Part shown: in pieces, positions 1 through 12,402 of the stretch
Layout of the letters: each line of letters opens with the position of its first letter
How positions within the stretch are numbered: the stretch's first letter is position 1
Assembly: GCA_964016885.1 (NCBI GenBank)
Contig: OZ024740.1
Location: 398,660,001 to 398,724,000 of the forward strand
Reading direction: 5' to 3'
Length of the DNA stretch: 64,000 bases
Source of the DNA: Eledone cirrhosa
Taxonomy: Eukaryota
Notes under the pieces: model-generated
Told to the model about the DNA's origin: nothing
The model's database searches: none
Seen by the model: only the letters and a program-made list of their open reading frames with translations
Translations under genes and position numbers: made by a program

Positions 1-248
1 GATGCGCATGGAGGATGACCGATGGGTGAAGAAGTGCCAGGAAATGCCAGTTGAAGGAAGACGTGGTAGAGGTAGACCACGAAAAACATGGGCGGAGGTG
101 GTGAGAACAGACCTCAGATCATTGAAGCTCACGGTGGAGATGACGAGGGACCGTGACGAGTGGAGAGATGCTGTGCTGAATAAGACCCGTCCCACCCTTG
201 CAAGCAGGGAAAAGCGGACGTAAAATGATGATGATGATGATGATGATG
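1..248 (+). mobile_element. 3' end of RTE-clade LINE; ORF runs into the terminal motif and a (GAT)n tail
   Basis: ORF 2..223 (GRRGRGRPRKTW...DRDEWR) is a typical RTE C-terminus; it ends GGACGTAAAATGATGATG... Confidence 0.85.
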
Positions 249-359
249 AATGATATGCCTAATTTCAAAATTTCCTTGAATTTTTATTAGTGCAGCCCGC
301 CTTACAATGAGCCACATCCTATGCAGCCCACTGCTCAAAAAAGCTTGCCCATGCCTGGT

Positions 360-1190
360 CTAGGTTATGTATTGTGCACTTCGATCAATGAAACCAATAG
401 CCTGATACTGAGACGATGTCATAGTCGCGATCATCCTGCCAAAATCATAGCTGATAGTGACTGCACTGAAAATATTGCACTTCTCGAAAATATAATCAAA
501 GCTGCACAAGATCTCCTCATCAGGGTTGAGAAGGCATGCCAGAATATTGGTCTGTTTCTGAATGCATCAAAGATGAAGTACATGCACATGAATATATCTA
601 CCAATGGTCACCTGCACACATCAGATGAGTGATTTCAAGTATCTGGGTGGTTACACAGACACCGACCACAAGATGGATATCAGGATCGCTCAGTCATGGC
701 GAGCACTTCACGTTTTACAGAAGGTGTGGTAGACAATCATCCACAAGGACACAAAAACAAAGGTTTTTCTGATCTGTGTAGAAACAAGCCTTCTGTATGG
801 TTCAGAGTCATTATGTTAAATGCTATTTGCCGCAAGAGACTCGATGATACATACGCCAGAATACTACACGCACCATACAACAACTGGAGATGTCATCCAA
901 CAAACTACTCTCTGTATGGGTCCAAGCCATGATGTTGTCAGGCGGCATCATCTGGCTCTTGCTGGCTGTGTCACTCACCACTATGAACCCACTGAAAGAT
1001 TGCTCCTCTGGACTCCAGGTGCAAAGATTGGCCATATATCGCCTTGAAATCAATCATCGAGATGGACACAAGCTTCACAGGAATAGATTTCCATGCTGCA
1101 ATGATTGATTGTATACTCTGGAGCTCAAACTTTATCAATGCTTCACCACTGCCACAAGGCATCACATGATTCAAGCAAGCTAACAATCTA
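360..1190 (+). mobile_element. Degraded non-LTR retrotransposon RT fragment (RTE/RTEX-like)
   Basis: Decayed RT motifs: DCTENIALL (cf. DFADDIALL), IGLFLNASKMKYM, DFKYLG (gatttcaagtatctggg); stops and frameshifts. Confidence 0.6.
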
Positions 1191-1209
1191 CTATCAACAC
1201 ACTTTTATA

Positions 1210-1425
1210 TTGTCCTTTTACATCTGCTTTCCATGCTGGTATAGGTTGAAGGATTTATGCAGTCTGAGTCCGTTCTTATTCAGAGTTACTGCTCTGCTAA
1301 GCAGGCCAGCATACCACATTTGTTACATTACACTTTTGACATGGTACCTATGGCTTGATGCTCTTCCTAACACCAACCATTTAAAATGTACTGGTGCATT
1401 TTATCATAGCACCAGTACTGAGGTT
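1210..1425 (-). mobile_element. SINE fragment with RTE-type tail
   Basis: Reverse complement of the recurrent GGTTGGTGTTAGGAAGGGCATC core and CCATGC..GCATGGAAA..GATGTAAA tail. Confidence 0.6.
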
Positions 1426-2796
1426 GTCTTGTACTCTGTAAGACTAGAATGCCCTCAATATTCTGCATTGTTTTAATTATAAAACTATTATTGTAATGCC
1501 TATTATGATGATCATTGGTGATCTCACAAATAATATTAAGTTCAATGTTTTGAAGTTCAAATCTCACCTGGGTCGACTTTGTTGGTCTAATCTGTTGATG
1601 AAATAAATCATGTACTATTTTATAGGAAATAAAACAAAACAAAACAACTGTTTAAGTATTCATTTGACTGTCTGTTTGATTGTGAGTACAAATGTATTTC
1701 ATTGTATTCCTACACAGATCAATTGATCCTATTTTAGCATAGTTAGCATTGACATTGGGAATCCCTAAAGCTGATTACTACCATCTTAAAAAAGAGGAGG
1801 AGGATACTCATTAGATAATGCATTCCTTTGTACAAAAAAATGTGTTATAGTCATGGCTAGAGTACCTTTCATCATAGGTCTACTCAATTATGGTTGGTCT
1901 GGTGCTAAATGACAACTTGATGCTGGCTAAAAAAGAAGTTACTATGCTCAACCTGCAAGAAATAATACCAAATCTCCCTCAAATTACACTAGTCTTCAAA
2001 AAAATGGAAGGTTACAGCTGGAACACTTTTTGTTATATGGCTGTTTTCTTGTGGTTGACCTAGGGTAAAAAACAATAACTTAATACATACTTCTGGTTAT
2101 ATCATTTCAAGCAATGCCTAGTGAGAATAGGAGAAAATCAACAATTTCACCGTTATCCTCTTTTACATTGTTTGGTTGATACCTTTAAAAAAAATCATTT
2201 TTAACCCTTATGATCTATAATTAGTTAGGTAACTAACCCATTGCTCGGTTTAGCAAACGGATCTTTGTTTGATTGTCAAAGCTCTTTCATCACACATTCT
2301 GTGACCTTTTCAATTACTATTCTTGCTCCTTTGTCTCTTTTTTTTATTTTTATTTCCTCCAAATTTTGATTGAGGAAGAGAAAACTGATCTTTCACATAA
2401 ACCATTTTTAGACTGCTTTAATTCTTGAGTAATAACTGATAGGGATAACTGGGTTATGTTGGCATGAATTTTGTTTAGTGGGATATTGAGATAAAAAGAA
2501 TGTTTCTGAGAGAGTGCAGTGGACACACTGAGTGAATTTAGTTGGTGTTGGCACAGCAATGTTAGTAGATATCATTGTAAATAATAGTAAAATTGACAGA
2601 GAGGATAAGCTCAACATTTACCTGTTGGGCAAATTTTTTAATGAGTCTTTTGTCTTTTTATGAAAAGTTTATTTTGGCTCCTTTTGTAGTGGTACTTCAT
2701 TTTCCTATGAATTTCAAAACCTTTTATAATGACACACAAAATTAATTTTACTTCTTATTAGCACTGTAAAGTGTCTCTGGATTCACAAGTGAATGT

Positions 2797-3069
2797 TGTT
2801 GTATTCCTCTCGGTACTCGCAGAGAAAACACGAGTTATATCAAATAATTTGTGTAATTTGCGAAACAACCAAAACGCCCCTCCTCGCAGTAGCAGAATAA
2901 CATAAAGTAAGTAAGTAATCTGTGACCGAGTTTTTAATACCAACGCTGACCGACTGCCCAGGTCACGTGACCCATATGCAAATGTGTGAGCACGTGCAAA
3001 CCGAACAAAACGAATTTAACAGTCCATACAACAATGAGGTTGTGAGTTCGATTCCCAGTCCATACAACA
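2797..3069 (-). repeat. 3' LTR of Gypsy element
   Basis: Direct repeat of 7369-7641 with 4 substitutions counted by eye; polypurine tract (cggtggggagg on -) adjoins at 3070-3080. Confidence 0.95.
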
Positions 3070-3103
3070 CCTCCCCACCGAAATTGATGCAACAAAAGAA
3101 GCA

Positions 3104-6100
3104 TCAACAGCAAAGTCTCTCTGGGGGTTTATGAGTTCTCTTGGACCGTCTTCGATTGTCTGGTCCATACTCTGGAACGGGCAACAAGGTCTTGGGTCTG
3201 GTCTGTCTTGGAGTTAGTGGCACGATTTCCGAGATCTCCATCGGGTGATCTGTTGCAAATTCAAAAACAGTGTCTACTGCATCACCAGGTTCATTGTCTT
3301 CCTCAGTAGTGTACCGCGGTTGCAGCTGTTCCCAGTGTCATCTCCACACCGGGCCATGAGGTATGATCTTAATGTTGAAGCAGCGAGTACCCAATGACTT
3401 CTTAATGATTGCTGGTACCCATCGGGGATCTTTGTCTCGGCGAGGTCCGTAGTACAGTGCATACACAGGATCTCCAGCCTTGTACTGCCTTGTAACCTTA
3501 GCGACACCTGCCGAGTCCGGAGTCATCTGAGACTTATATGCTTCCTTAGACTGCTTGCCTTGAGCGATGTGTGCTGGCGAGGGCAGCAGAGAATCAATCC
3601 TTGTCCGTATATGCCGGTGATTCAAAAGTTCACTCGGAGAGAATCCACTGGATGTCGGTGTTCTCCGGTACTGCATCAAGAACTCTTGAAGTGCTCGCTT
3701 CGGCGGAAGAGAAGTCTTCCTCAGAGCTTGTTTGAAGGTCTGCACCAAACGTTCCGCTGCTCCGTTAGTAGCTGGGTGGTAAGGTGCCCCTGTCAGGTGC
3801 GTGATCCCACGTTCTTAGCACCAGCTCTGGAACTCCTCAGAAATAAAAGTTGGTGCGTTATCGGTGACTAGCGTGTGAGGAAATCCGAAGTGCGCAAAGT
3901 CTTCTTCAAGCAGATCTAAAGAGGCTCTGGAGGACGTGGATGACGTAGGATGAATGCATGGATACTTGGAATAAGCATCCGTCATCACCAACCAATTACT
4001 GCCCATGAAATTTATTGCGTGGTCCAGGTGTAAGCGGCTCCACGGCTTTTCAGGTAACATCCATGGGCGAACTGGAGACTTGGATGGCTGGTTTTGATGT
4101 TCACCACACGAATCACATTGTCGACTGGTTTTCTCTATAGCAGCATCGATACCAGGCCAATAAACAGCAGTTCTTGCCAATTGTTTCATGCGCTCCATGC
4201 CAAAGTGTCCGAGATGCAGAAGATTGAGGATCTTTGGCTGTAAGCTATGTGGAATCACAACTCTCGATCCATGGATAAGGCATCCGTGGCAGATACTGAG
4301 TGAATCCGATAACTTCCGGAACTTATTGACTTCGTCATTGATCTCAGTATTCTTTGGTGGCCAGCCTTCACGGACGTAGCGTATCACTGTAGATATCACT
4401 GGATCTTTCCCTGACTCTTGACAGAGGACGTTAGAATCGATAGGTTGAACTTGAAGACAGAGCTTTGATGGCGCACACCATGTCCATGTCTTCACCATTT
4501 TCCTTCCTGTCAAAGTCGATGTCATTACCAAATGGCAAGCGACTGAGGGCATCTGCATTGCCATGATCCGCTGTTTTCTGATATTCGATGGTGTAGTCAA
4601 ACTGGTTCAGCCACAGGGCCCACCGTGCTAGTCGGTTAGCAGCGAGAAGTGGCGTCCCTTTCCTCGGACTGAACAGTGATGTCAGTGGCTTGTGGTCAGT
4701 TACAAGTATAAACTGATGTCCATACAGATACTGATAGAACTTCTGCAAGCCAAATATGATGACCAGGGCTTCCTTTTGAATTTGGCCGTAGTTACGCTGT
4801 GCAGAAGTAAGAGTCTTGGACACATTGGATATTGGGCGCTCGCTTCCATCAGGATAGCGATGAAACAGGACTGCTCCAATACCAACGTTTGGCGCGTCGC
4901 AAGCCAGTCCCAAAGTTTTGTTTGGATCGAAGTGTATCAGAACTCGATCCGATGAAAGCACATTTTTCAACTGATCGAAAGCTGACTGTTCTTCATCTCC
5001 CCACTTCCAAGTTGTCGTTTTTTTCCTAAGGCAATAGAGTGGCTCTGCCATGCTGGCCAGGTTTGGGATAAACTTTCCATAGAACTGAACTGAACCCAGG
5101 AAAGACTTCAAGCTTGAGACGTTCGTTGGAGGTGGCATCTTTAAAACTGCTTCGACCTTGGATCCCTTCGCGATCCCTTCAGCCGACAAGGTGTGTCCAA
5201 GGTATTCCACACTGGGTAGTGCAAACTGGCATTTGTCACGGCGACATCTGAGTCCTTTGTCGCACAGACGTGTGAGCAGACACTTTAGGTTGTTCAGGTG
5301 ATCGTTTGCATCTTTCCCACTGACGTGCATGTCGTCCTGGAAGACAGCCACACCAGGTAGATCTTGAGTCAGGTTTTCCATGATCTGAAAGTAACCAGGT
5401 GCTGACTTGATTCCGAAAGGGAGTCGTTCCTGCAGGAGCACCCCACGGTGAGTGCTGAGTGCAAGCCTGCGTTGACTTTCTGGAGCCAGGTTGATCTGAT
5501 TATAGGCATCAGCAAGATCAATCTTTGTGTATCCGAATCCACCTCCGAGCTTCTGCATCAGTTCCTCTGGGAGTGGCATTGGATGACGATGATCTGCAAG
5601 TTGGTCATTAATTCCCACAGAGTAGTCACCACAAATCCGTAGTTTGGGCTTCAGGTTGCCTGAAGTATGTGCTTTACGAATCGGTACCACTGGCGTTCCG
5701 TATTCGTTGAACTGTACTGGCTTCCAGATTCCTTTGGCGATGCCTTCTTCGTAACCTTTGGCCAGGTCATCACGAAGAGCAAACGGGACCGGGCGTGCCT
5801 TGTGAAAGACCGGTGTCGCGTCCGACTTGAACTTCACTTCCAGTTCGAAGTCATTAAGACATCCCAATTCTTGTTTGAAGAGATCTGGGAATTCATCACA
5901 CGTTGTGACAATCTCGTTGCATGGAAATTTGAGGTCTTTGGATGCATCACTTCTGCACCCTCACTCTTGGCCTGGCTGTCTATGCTTTTCAATCCTAGAG
6001 CATTGTCCACGGAAATTCCCAGAGTCTGGATAGTGTTTCGTCCCAGCAAATTAAGATCAGGGATCTTGGTGACGATGTAGGGTATTGAATTCCGTTTACC

Positions 6101-7305
6101 GGTCGTTGGATCCTTGGTTTGGCCCATGAAAGTTCCCAGAACGGGCAGGTCGTGCTGCTGGCAGATTCAAACCGATGTTTGACATCTTGCAGCTTCGGTT
6201 TTCCTAATTGTTTCCAAACTGACAAGGAAACAAAATTGCCTGTAGTAGCTGTGTCCAATTCCATTGTGAAAAGTCTATTCTGGATTGTTATTGGCACATT
6301 CAAACTATGAGTATCGTGGGGAACTTCACCAAGGATCGCTTTGACTAGCTCAGCTTTCGTAATTCTGTGAGCGATGATTACGTTGCTGATGTTGTTTCTT
6401 TCTACACACCGCTTGCAAATGTCCCTTTTTGTCACAAAAATGACATTTGGCTTCTTTGAAGGAGCAGTCTGTCGCTTTGTGGGCTTTCCACATCGGTAGC
6501 ACATCTCCTGGTCTGTGGAATAAGACTGCTGATAGTTCTTTCGAGGACTCTTGTTCTGCTGGACCTTGTAGACTTGCTTGGTTTTGGAACCGTAAACAGT
6601 TTCCTTGGCAACCTTTGCTGCGTCTTCGGTCCCGATGGCAACTTGGACAGCACGGGCGAAATCTAGTTCTGTATCCTTGATCTTGAAAATAGCCTTCAAC
6701 ACAGCTTCATTATTGACAGAACATATAAATCTCTGTCTTAGAGCTTCATCTTGTGGATTTGTGATCGAAGGAAAATCACAGGTAGCTGCATCCTGACGTA
6801 TACGTGCTGCCAGCTCCTGGAGAGTTTCGCCTGGCTTCCATTGCATGTCACTCCAGAACATGAAACGTTCTCTCACAATGAAAAGTTTTGGGTCGAACTG
6901 TTCTTTCATGAAGTCAACAATTTCGTCCATTGTCAACTTGTTGATATTCTTAGGCGGATTTTGTTGAGCAGCCAGATTTGCAAGTTGTTTGTAGATAGCA
7001 GCCGTCTGATTAGTCAGGAACACTTGTGCCATGCGTTGCTCGGGTACAGCGTTAGCAGCCACAAACGTGCAGAATCTTGACCAGTAATCAGGCCATAGTT
7101 CTGTTGTTGAATCAAAAGCAGCAAATGGTGGGATGAATACTGTTGGTGTCGAAGCAACTGGCGACGCCAATAAACTCTGTTGTTCAGAATCTCAAGCACC
7201 AAACAGTTTTATCAGAGTGTTCATATCTTTCTTGTGTTGTTGCATTTGTTGTTCCATCTGTTCTCTAAACAACTTTATTAGCTCCGCTGTTTGTTGTTCC
7301 GCCAT
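3104..7305 (-). pseudogene. gag-pol polyprotein, frameshifted and stop-interrupted
   Basis: Gag with two CCHC knuckles across a frameshift (CYRCGK..H..C; CHFCDKKGHLQAVC); protease MELDTA; RT KIDLADAY and FQDD; RNase H LACDA; integrase HLGH..CDSC, LDHA, TDNA, AERLVQTFK; split over ORFs 5995-7170, 4431-5867, 3815-4600, 3338-3748. Confidence 0.93.
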
Positions 7306-7341
7306 GTTTTTGTGATAAACAATTTCCCGGCAATGTAGGTA

Positions 7342-7360
7342 AATCCTATCGGCGACGCCA
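7342..7360 (-). promoter_or_regulatory. Primer-binding site of Gypsy element
   Basis: TGGCGTCGCCGATAGGATT lies 8 nt inside the 5' LTR; its complement has tRNA 3'-end geometry (AAT-CCTAT-CGGCGAC-G-CCA); isotype uncertain, G discriminator fits Ser. Confidence 0.8.
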
Positions 7361-7368
7361 ATAAACTC

Positions 7369-7641
7369 TGTTGTATTCCTCTCGGTACTCGCAGAGAAAA
7401 CACGAGTCATATCAAATAATTTGTGTAATTTGCGAAACAACCAAAACGCCCCTCCTCGCGGTAGCAGAATAACATAAAGTAAGTAAGTAGTCTGTGACCG
7501 AGTTTTTAATACCAACGCTGACCGACTGCCCAGGTCACGTGACCCATATGCAAATGTGTGAGCACGTGCAAACCAAACAAAACGAATTTAACAGTCCATA
7601 CAACAATGAGGTTGTGAGTTCGATTCCCAGTCCATACAACA
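7369..7641 (-). repeat. 5' LTR of Gypsy element
   Basis: Direct repeat of 2797-3069; followed on - by the PBS and the gag ATG at 7305. Confidence 0.95.
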
Positions 7642-7744
7642 AATGTCATTAATTTCCCTTTAAGCTTTCCTTCAAAGTTTTTTTTATTCTTGTTTAACCC
7701 AAAGTTGATCCTAATTTAGCAGACATATAATTGTTTCTATTGTT

Positions 7745-7935
7745 GACACAAGGCCAGCAATTTGAAGTCAATTAAATTGACCCCAGTGCATTACCAGTAC
7801 TTTATTTTATCGACCTCATAAGAATGAAAGGCAAAGCTAACCTCAGCAGGGTTTGAAAACAAAGCATGAAGGTCTACAACTATATGCTGCAAAACATTTT
7901 GTCCAACACTCTAATGATTCTGCCAATCCACCATC
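7745..7935 (-). mobile_element. tRNA-derived SINE (family with TTTCATCC..GGTCGATAAAATAAAGTAC body)
   Basis: Same family at about 1500-1620, 29640-29740, 32960-33040, 40740-40870, 55500-55630, 59475-59600, 61365-61590, 61730-61918. Confidence 0.65.
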
Positions 7936-10900
7936 CTAAGCTGACCTATAATAAAAAGCATTCAAGCCAATGTACACTTTTATTATTGAGATTGGTACAG
8001 TGGGATTTGAGGGAGGTTTGGCTGCTATTTCTAGCAAATGGCTTCCTTGCTGGCTTGCTTTGTTGTTGTTTTTAATCAGGGAATATGTCGAAGACGCTGC
8101 ATATTAGAGATATCAAGTGTTTAAAGCTACAATCATCGAGTTCATAATCAGACTATAGGACATACAAATAAACCCCAAATATTTCTATTTGTTATCCAGT
8201 TATGTAAGCCAAATATGCTACCTGGCTTAACACCGCTACCTGGTCCCTGGCTACTTTTAGCTAAGTTAATACTTTCAAACCAGACACTTGGTTTTCACCT
8301 CACTCTCATTTTCCTGTAATTATTGAGCAGGACTATAATCAAAGGTTTTCTGTTTATAACCACCCTTTATTTACTTTGCAGGTAACATATATCTTGGCTG
8401 AAATTATTCAAGAATAGGGCCAGATTAAGTCCTTTTCAAGGACTTAATTCCTCCACATAATTGTGCACTTTTTTTAATGACAAATGCAATTAATTTGAAT
8501 AAAACTGCCCCTTTTGCCCTAAGCTTATGCTTATTTTGCTTAATGATTAATCCATCTTTGAACACAAGCATCAATACAGATCCATAAAATCAATTCATTA
8601 TCCTTCCATATAAAAAAAGCTATTATCATTACATTGGTCTTGAGTCTAGTAAAAACAAATCAATGTTATTGCCTGGTTACATTGCATGTTGTTATTCTAT
8701 ATAAGATCTGGTAGCTTAGTCAAATTACTGTTACCAGGTGGATAAAAGCATCATATTTGGCATGATGCTCCCTTAGGACTTACTAGCTTAAGAATTTTCC
8801 AAAGCTTTTTTAAAGATATAAAGTAAACAACAAAAAATGTGTAAAAGCTTTGTCATAGGTTCAAACATCTGTGACAGAATATTGTTGGAGGCCATACAAA
8901 GCCTAAAGCATATAATTTCTATATCAACAGTAATAATTTCATATCTCTTGATCAGGTTCTAGTACATGAAAGTAGGCCTCTTTTGCAAGCTGTATCTCCA
9001 AGCTATGGCACACTGAAAGTTTTCTGAACCCTTATTAAGTATGAAATCTTCCTTCTTGAGATTATGCAGAATCAAAGGAATGACTCGGTGGCATGCATAA
9101 GTCTTCTATGAATCAGTTATGTCAGAGGATGTTACCTCTGCCTCTGCATCTGTGAAGCTCATTGTCCTGCCAGAACTACCCAATATAATCTGAAGAGTCA
9201 ATGATGTGTGTAGACCAACTAATATAACTACATGATCTCTCTGACAATGTGTGTCAGTCTATTTCCATTGTACAAACTTTGCTAGGTAAACTGTCTGGTC
9301 AAACTGTAGTGGCTGAGATTTGTCCTGAATTCATAAATTCAAAAGATTGTCTCTAGTCATCCATGCTCTACTTGATTATTGCTGCAGTTGCAAATATTTC
9401 ATAGAACTGTGGAAGGACACATTGTGCTCAAGGGCCTTCTACTGAGGATTAAGTTAAGGCATATGCAGCCCATGCAATAGCATTTCTACTGGTGAGATTC
9501 TGTCTTTAAAAGTGGCAGTGTTTACTCTACCTAACTTTATTCCTGTGCTGTGGCTTCATCTAAACAGCTCTCAACTGAAAATACATCACACACTAACACT
9601 GCAACGGCAACTGTCTTCAAAGCAGCTTTGTGACAGGCATAACTATTTGAAAAAGAGTGCTTTTCCAGAAGGTGCTCTCACTTCAGTATTGGCAAACAAC
9701 TGTAAAGACGAATTCCAATCCGATGGGACTTGAATTGTTTTGAAGTGTTTTGGTTGTAGATGTAGTCTAGGTAGTACAGGGCACTAACAGTGAACAAGCA
9801 GGAAAAACCATGCCATTTTTTAGAAAGTATTTCAGTACTTCACACTTACAGTGCCTTTTCTCCTCATTGTCAGGGTATTGTTTTCTTCTTTTGTCTTTGC
9901 TAACTTAGAAATGCTGAATTTTAAATAATATTTATGTCAGGAAGTAGAATGAAAAGCAAAATTAAATTCCATCACAACTACACCAATTGCTCAGAGCTAT
10001 TCTATGTTGGTAAAGAATGATGTGTAGGTATCTGTTTTGTCAGCACTTGACCCAGGGCTCTACAAGATACACTTCAAGGGTTCAGCAGTATTGTGTTAGT
10101 AAATCATGCAGCAATCCCAATTCAGTTCTATGTTGAGTCTCACTGGAAAGAGTAATAGTATATGTTAGAACTATGGGATTAGATGAAGTGTCATGTTCTG
10201 TGGCTAGACTAAGCGGATGACTACATCTAGCTCCTACATTCCATTTTTGGCATGGTTTTTTATGGTTGGGTGCCCTTCCTAACACCAACAACTTTACCAT
10301 GTGTACTGGGAGCATTTTATCATGATGCTGGCTGGCACTATCACCTAACAGGGAGAGGACTGGGTGCTTTTTTATTGTAGACCAGCACATACATTTAAAA
10401 TGTTGTAAGGATATATTCATCCTGAAGGAACTTGAAACTCACAAAAGGACAATTCTGATTGGAATGTTCCTTCAGATATAATACAAATCCACCTTCAATA
10501 ACACTATGAGGACACTAACTTTACAACAGCAACTGAATATTAACTATATTTATCCACATTCTATTAATTCTTATATGGTAATTCCCCCACCTCCAACATT
10601 TTAACAATCCTTGGCATGAGTGTAATGGAAATAAATAGCACAAAAGCAAGAAATCTATTTTTATCTAGGAAATTAAAAATAAAGTCTTCAAACAAAAACA
10701 TATAATGAATAGAAAAAAATGCTTTCTCATAAATGTGTTCTCCAATTTAATATATCTGTAACCAATCCCATCATCTTATGACTCATGACCAGATAAAAGC
10801 ACTATTTTTCATAAATGTAAGCTATCTTGAATTTGAGAGCGGAGTGGGCTTTACATGAATATTACAAAAGAAAAGCTCGAGGGTTCCTAGCATAACATTA

Positions 10901-11582
10901 AAAGATAGACCCCAAGGGTACCTTATAACTACTCTTTAAATATAGCACTAAGCCACCTGTCTAAAGCTAATAATGTTATGCTGACAGCTGCAATGAATAC
11001 ATGCATGTGTGTGTGAAAATAATTGATCTCTCAGTTACTAGAAAATGGGTTTTGACTGTGTCTACCTCTGTTTTTAGTATTTATAGTAAGACTGTTGATT
11101 GAACTGAATATTTGTTGTCAAAGCTAGTCTAGATTCTTAGTTGATTGTTTCCATGGAGACTATATCTGGGTGTAATTAACTTTTTTTTTTTTGTTGTCAT
11201 GGTATTGATTTCTTACAAGCTCAAGGCCATTTTTTCTAGAAAATGACTTGTTATATTACTGGTACTATTGTATTTACTGGTTGTCCAATCTGTTAAAAAT
11301 AACAGCCAAATCTCTTTAATCGCATCTACTGTCTTTAAAAAAAGTACTACTCATTAGATAATGTAGTCTGAGTTAAACTATGTAAAAAGATGGAATGGTC
11401 ATGGCTAGAATGCTTTTTAATCATAGAATTGTTAGATCAAACCTAGGCCTAATCAGCAACAAGGTTGAAAATATCAAATGTAGGAATGTCTAAGTTGTTT
11501 GTTTTTATTTTGGGCGTTTTGGTTTTTTTGTCAATTCTAATAATTATATTAGTTTGTTCATGGATGGTGGGCATTTTCCTAC

Positions 11583-11805
11583 TTAACCCTTTTGTTACCG
11601 TATTTTAATTTTGAAATCATTTTGAAAATAATCAACAATTTACAGTGGGTTAGTAATAAAAAAAAATGTCCTTATTAAGTTGGTGTTTGGAACATTACTT
11701 AAAGGGTCTTACATAAAATGATGATAGTTTTTTTTTTTAGATAACACTTTATAATAAAAGTTTTGTATTGTAGAACCAGAGGCAGTTTGTTATTAAAAGG
11801 GTTAA
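11583..11805. mobile_element. piggyBac-type MITE (family 2)
   Basis: TTAA|CCCTTTT...AAAAGGG|TTAA termini; related decayed copies near 29290-29520, 51640-51743, 59920-60160. Confidence 0.7.
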
Positions 11806-12315
11806 ATAGATTAAAGAATTATTTCCCTTTGACTATTACACAGGGAAGAAACAATGAAAGTAAGAAGAGGAGGAAAGACAGCCATGTTATATTTTGTATA
11901 TTGGTACGATTTTAGTCTGTAAATAGTGCTAGAGTTTTGTATACAGATATAATGTGGTAATGCTCTATTGACTGTTGTAGCTAATCTCAATTCTTTTGTT
12001 GCTAGTACAATGTGTGTGGGTGACTAACAACTTTTTATATTGTGATTGGGGTCATTTCAAAATACACACTGCTACCAGGGAAAACGGATGTTAAATGATG
12101 ATGATGTAATTCTAGTTCCTCATAATAAGGATAGTCTACACGTTCTTTTAAATATTGTTTTACTATTAAAAATGAATTTTTCATTGCACAGAAATTTAGC
12201 ATGGAAAATGGCTATAAAACACTTCTATTAGAAATTAGATTTCAGAGCAAAAAAACCTTTATAAACTATTTGAAGGCTTATCCAAAATTTATTGATCATT
12301 TGAAGGTACAAATAG

Positions 12316-12402
12316 AAATTGAATGTGTGTACGAGTGGTTACCAAATTGAATGTGTGTACGAGTGGTTACCAAATTGAATGTGTGTATCAGTGGTTACCA
12401 AA
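12316..12402. repeat. 28-bp tandem repeat, 3 copies
   Basis: AAATTGAATGTGTGTACGAGTGGTTACC x3; third copy has 2 substitutions. Confidence 0.9.

Larger units (their letters stand above)
2797..7641 (-). mobile_element. Full-length, disabled Ty3/Gypsy LTR retrotransposon (Mag-like)
   Basis: Two 273-bp LTRs with TGTTGTAT...ATACAACA termini; TSD AATGT at 2792-2796 and 7642-7646; PBS and PPT present; domain order gag-PR-RT-RH-IN. Confidence 0.97.

Noticed and set aside
129-338. Minus-strand ORF with a poly-His run
   Set aside because: Antisense reading of the (GAT)n LINE tail
5995-7305. Domesticated Gag linked to the neighbouring ESCRT-III gene
   Set aside because: Gag is broken by a stop and a frameshift, sits in an ordinary LTR element, and shows no clear PTAP/PPxY late domain
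8950-9530. Possible DIRS tyrosine-recombinase relic (HCPARTTQYNLK, KAYAAHAIAFLL)
   Set aside because: Similarity to LCPVRAL / AHxxR motifs is too weak to support by eye; needs a translated profile search
10422-10475. CTGAAGGAAC / GTTCCTTCAG inverted repeat as a pre-miRNA
   Set aside because: Only a 10-bp stem with a poorly pairing interior
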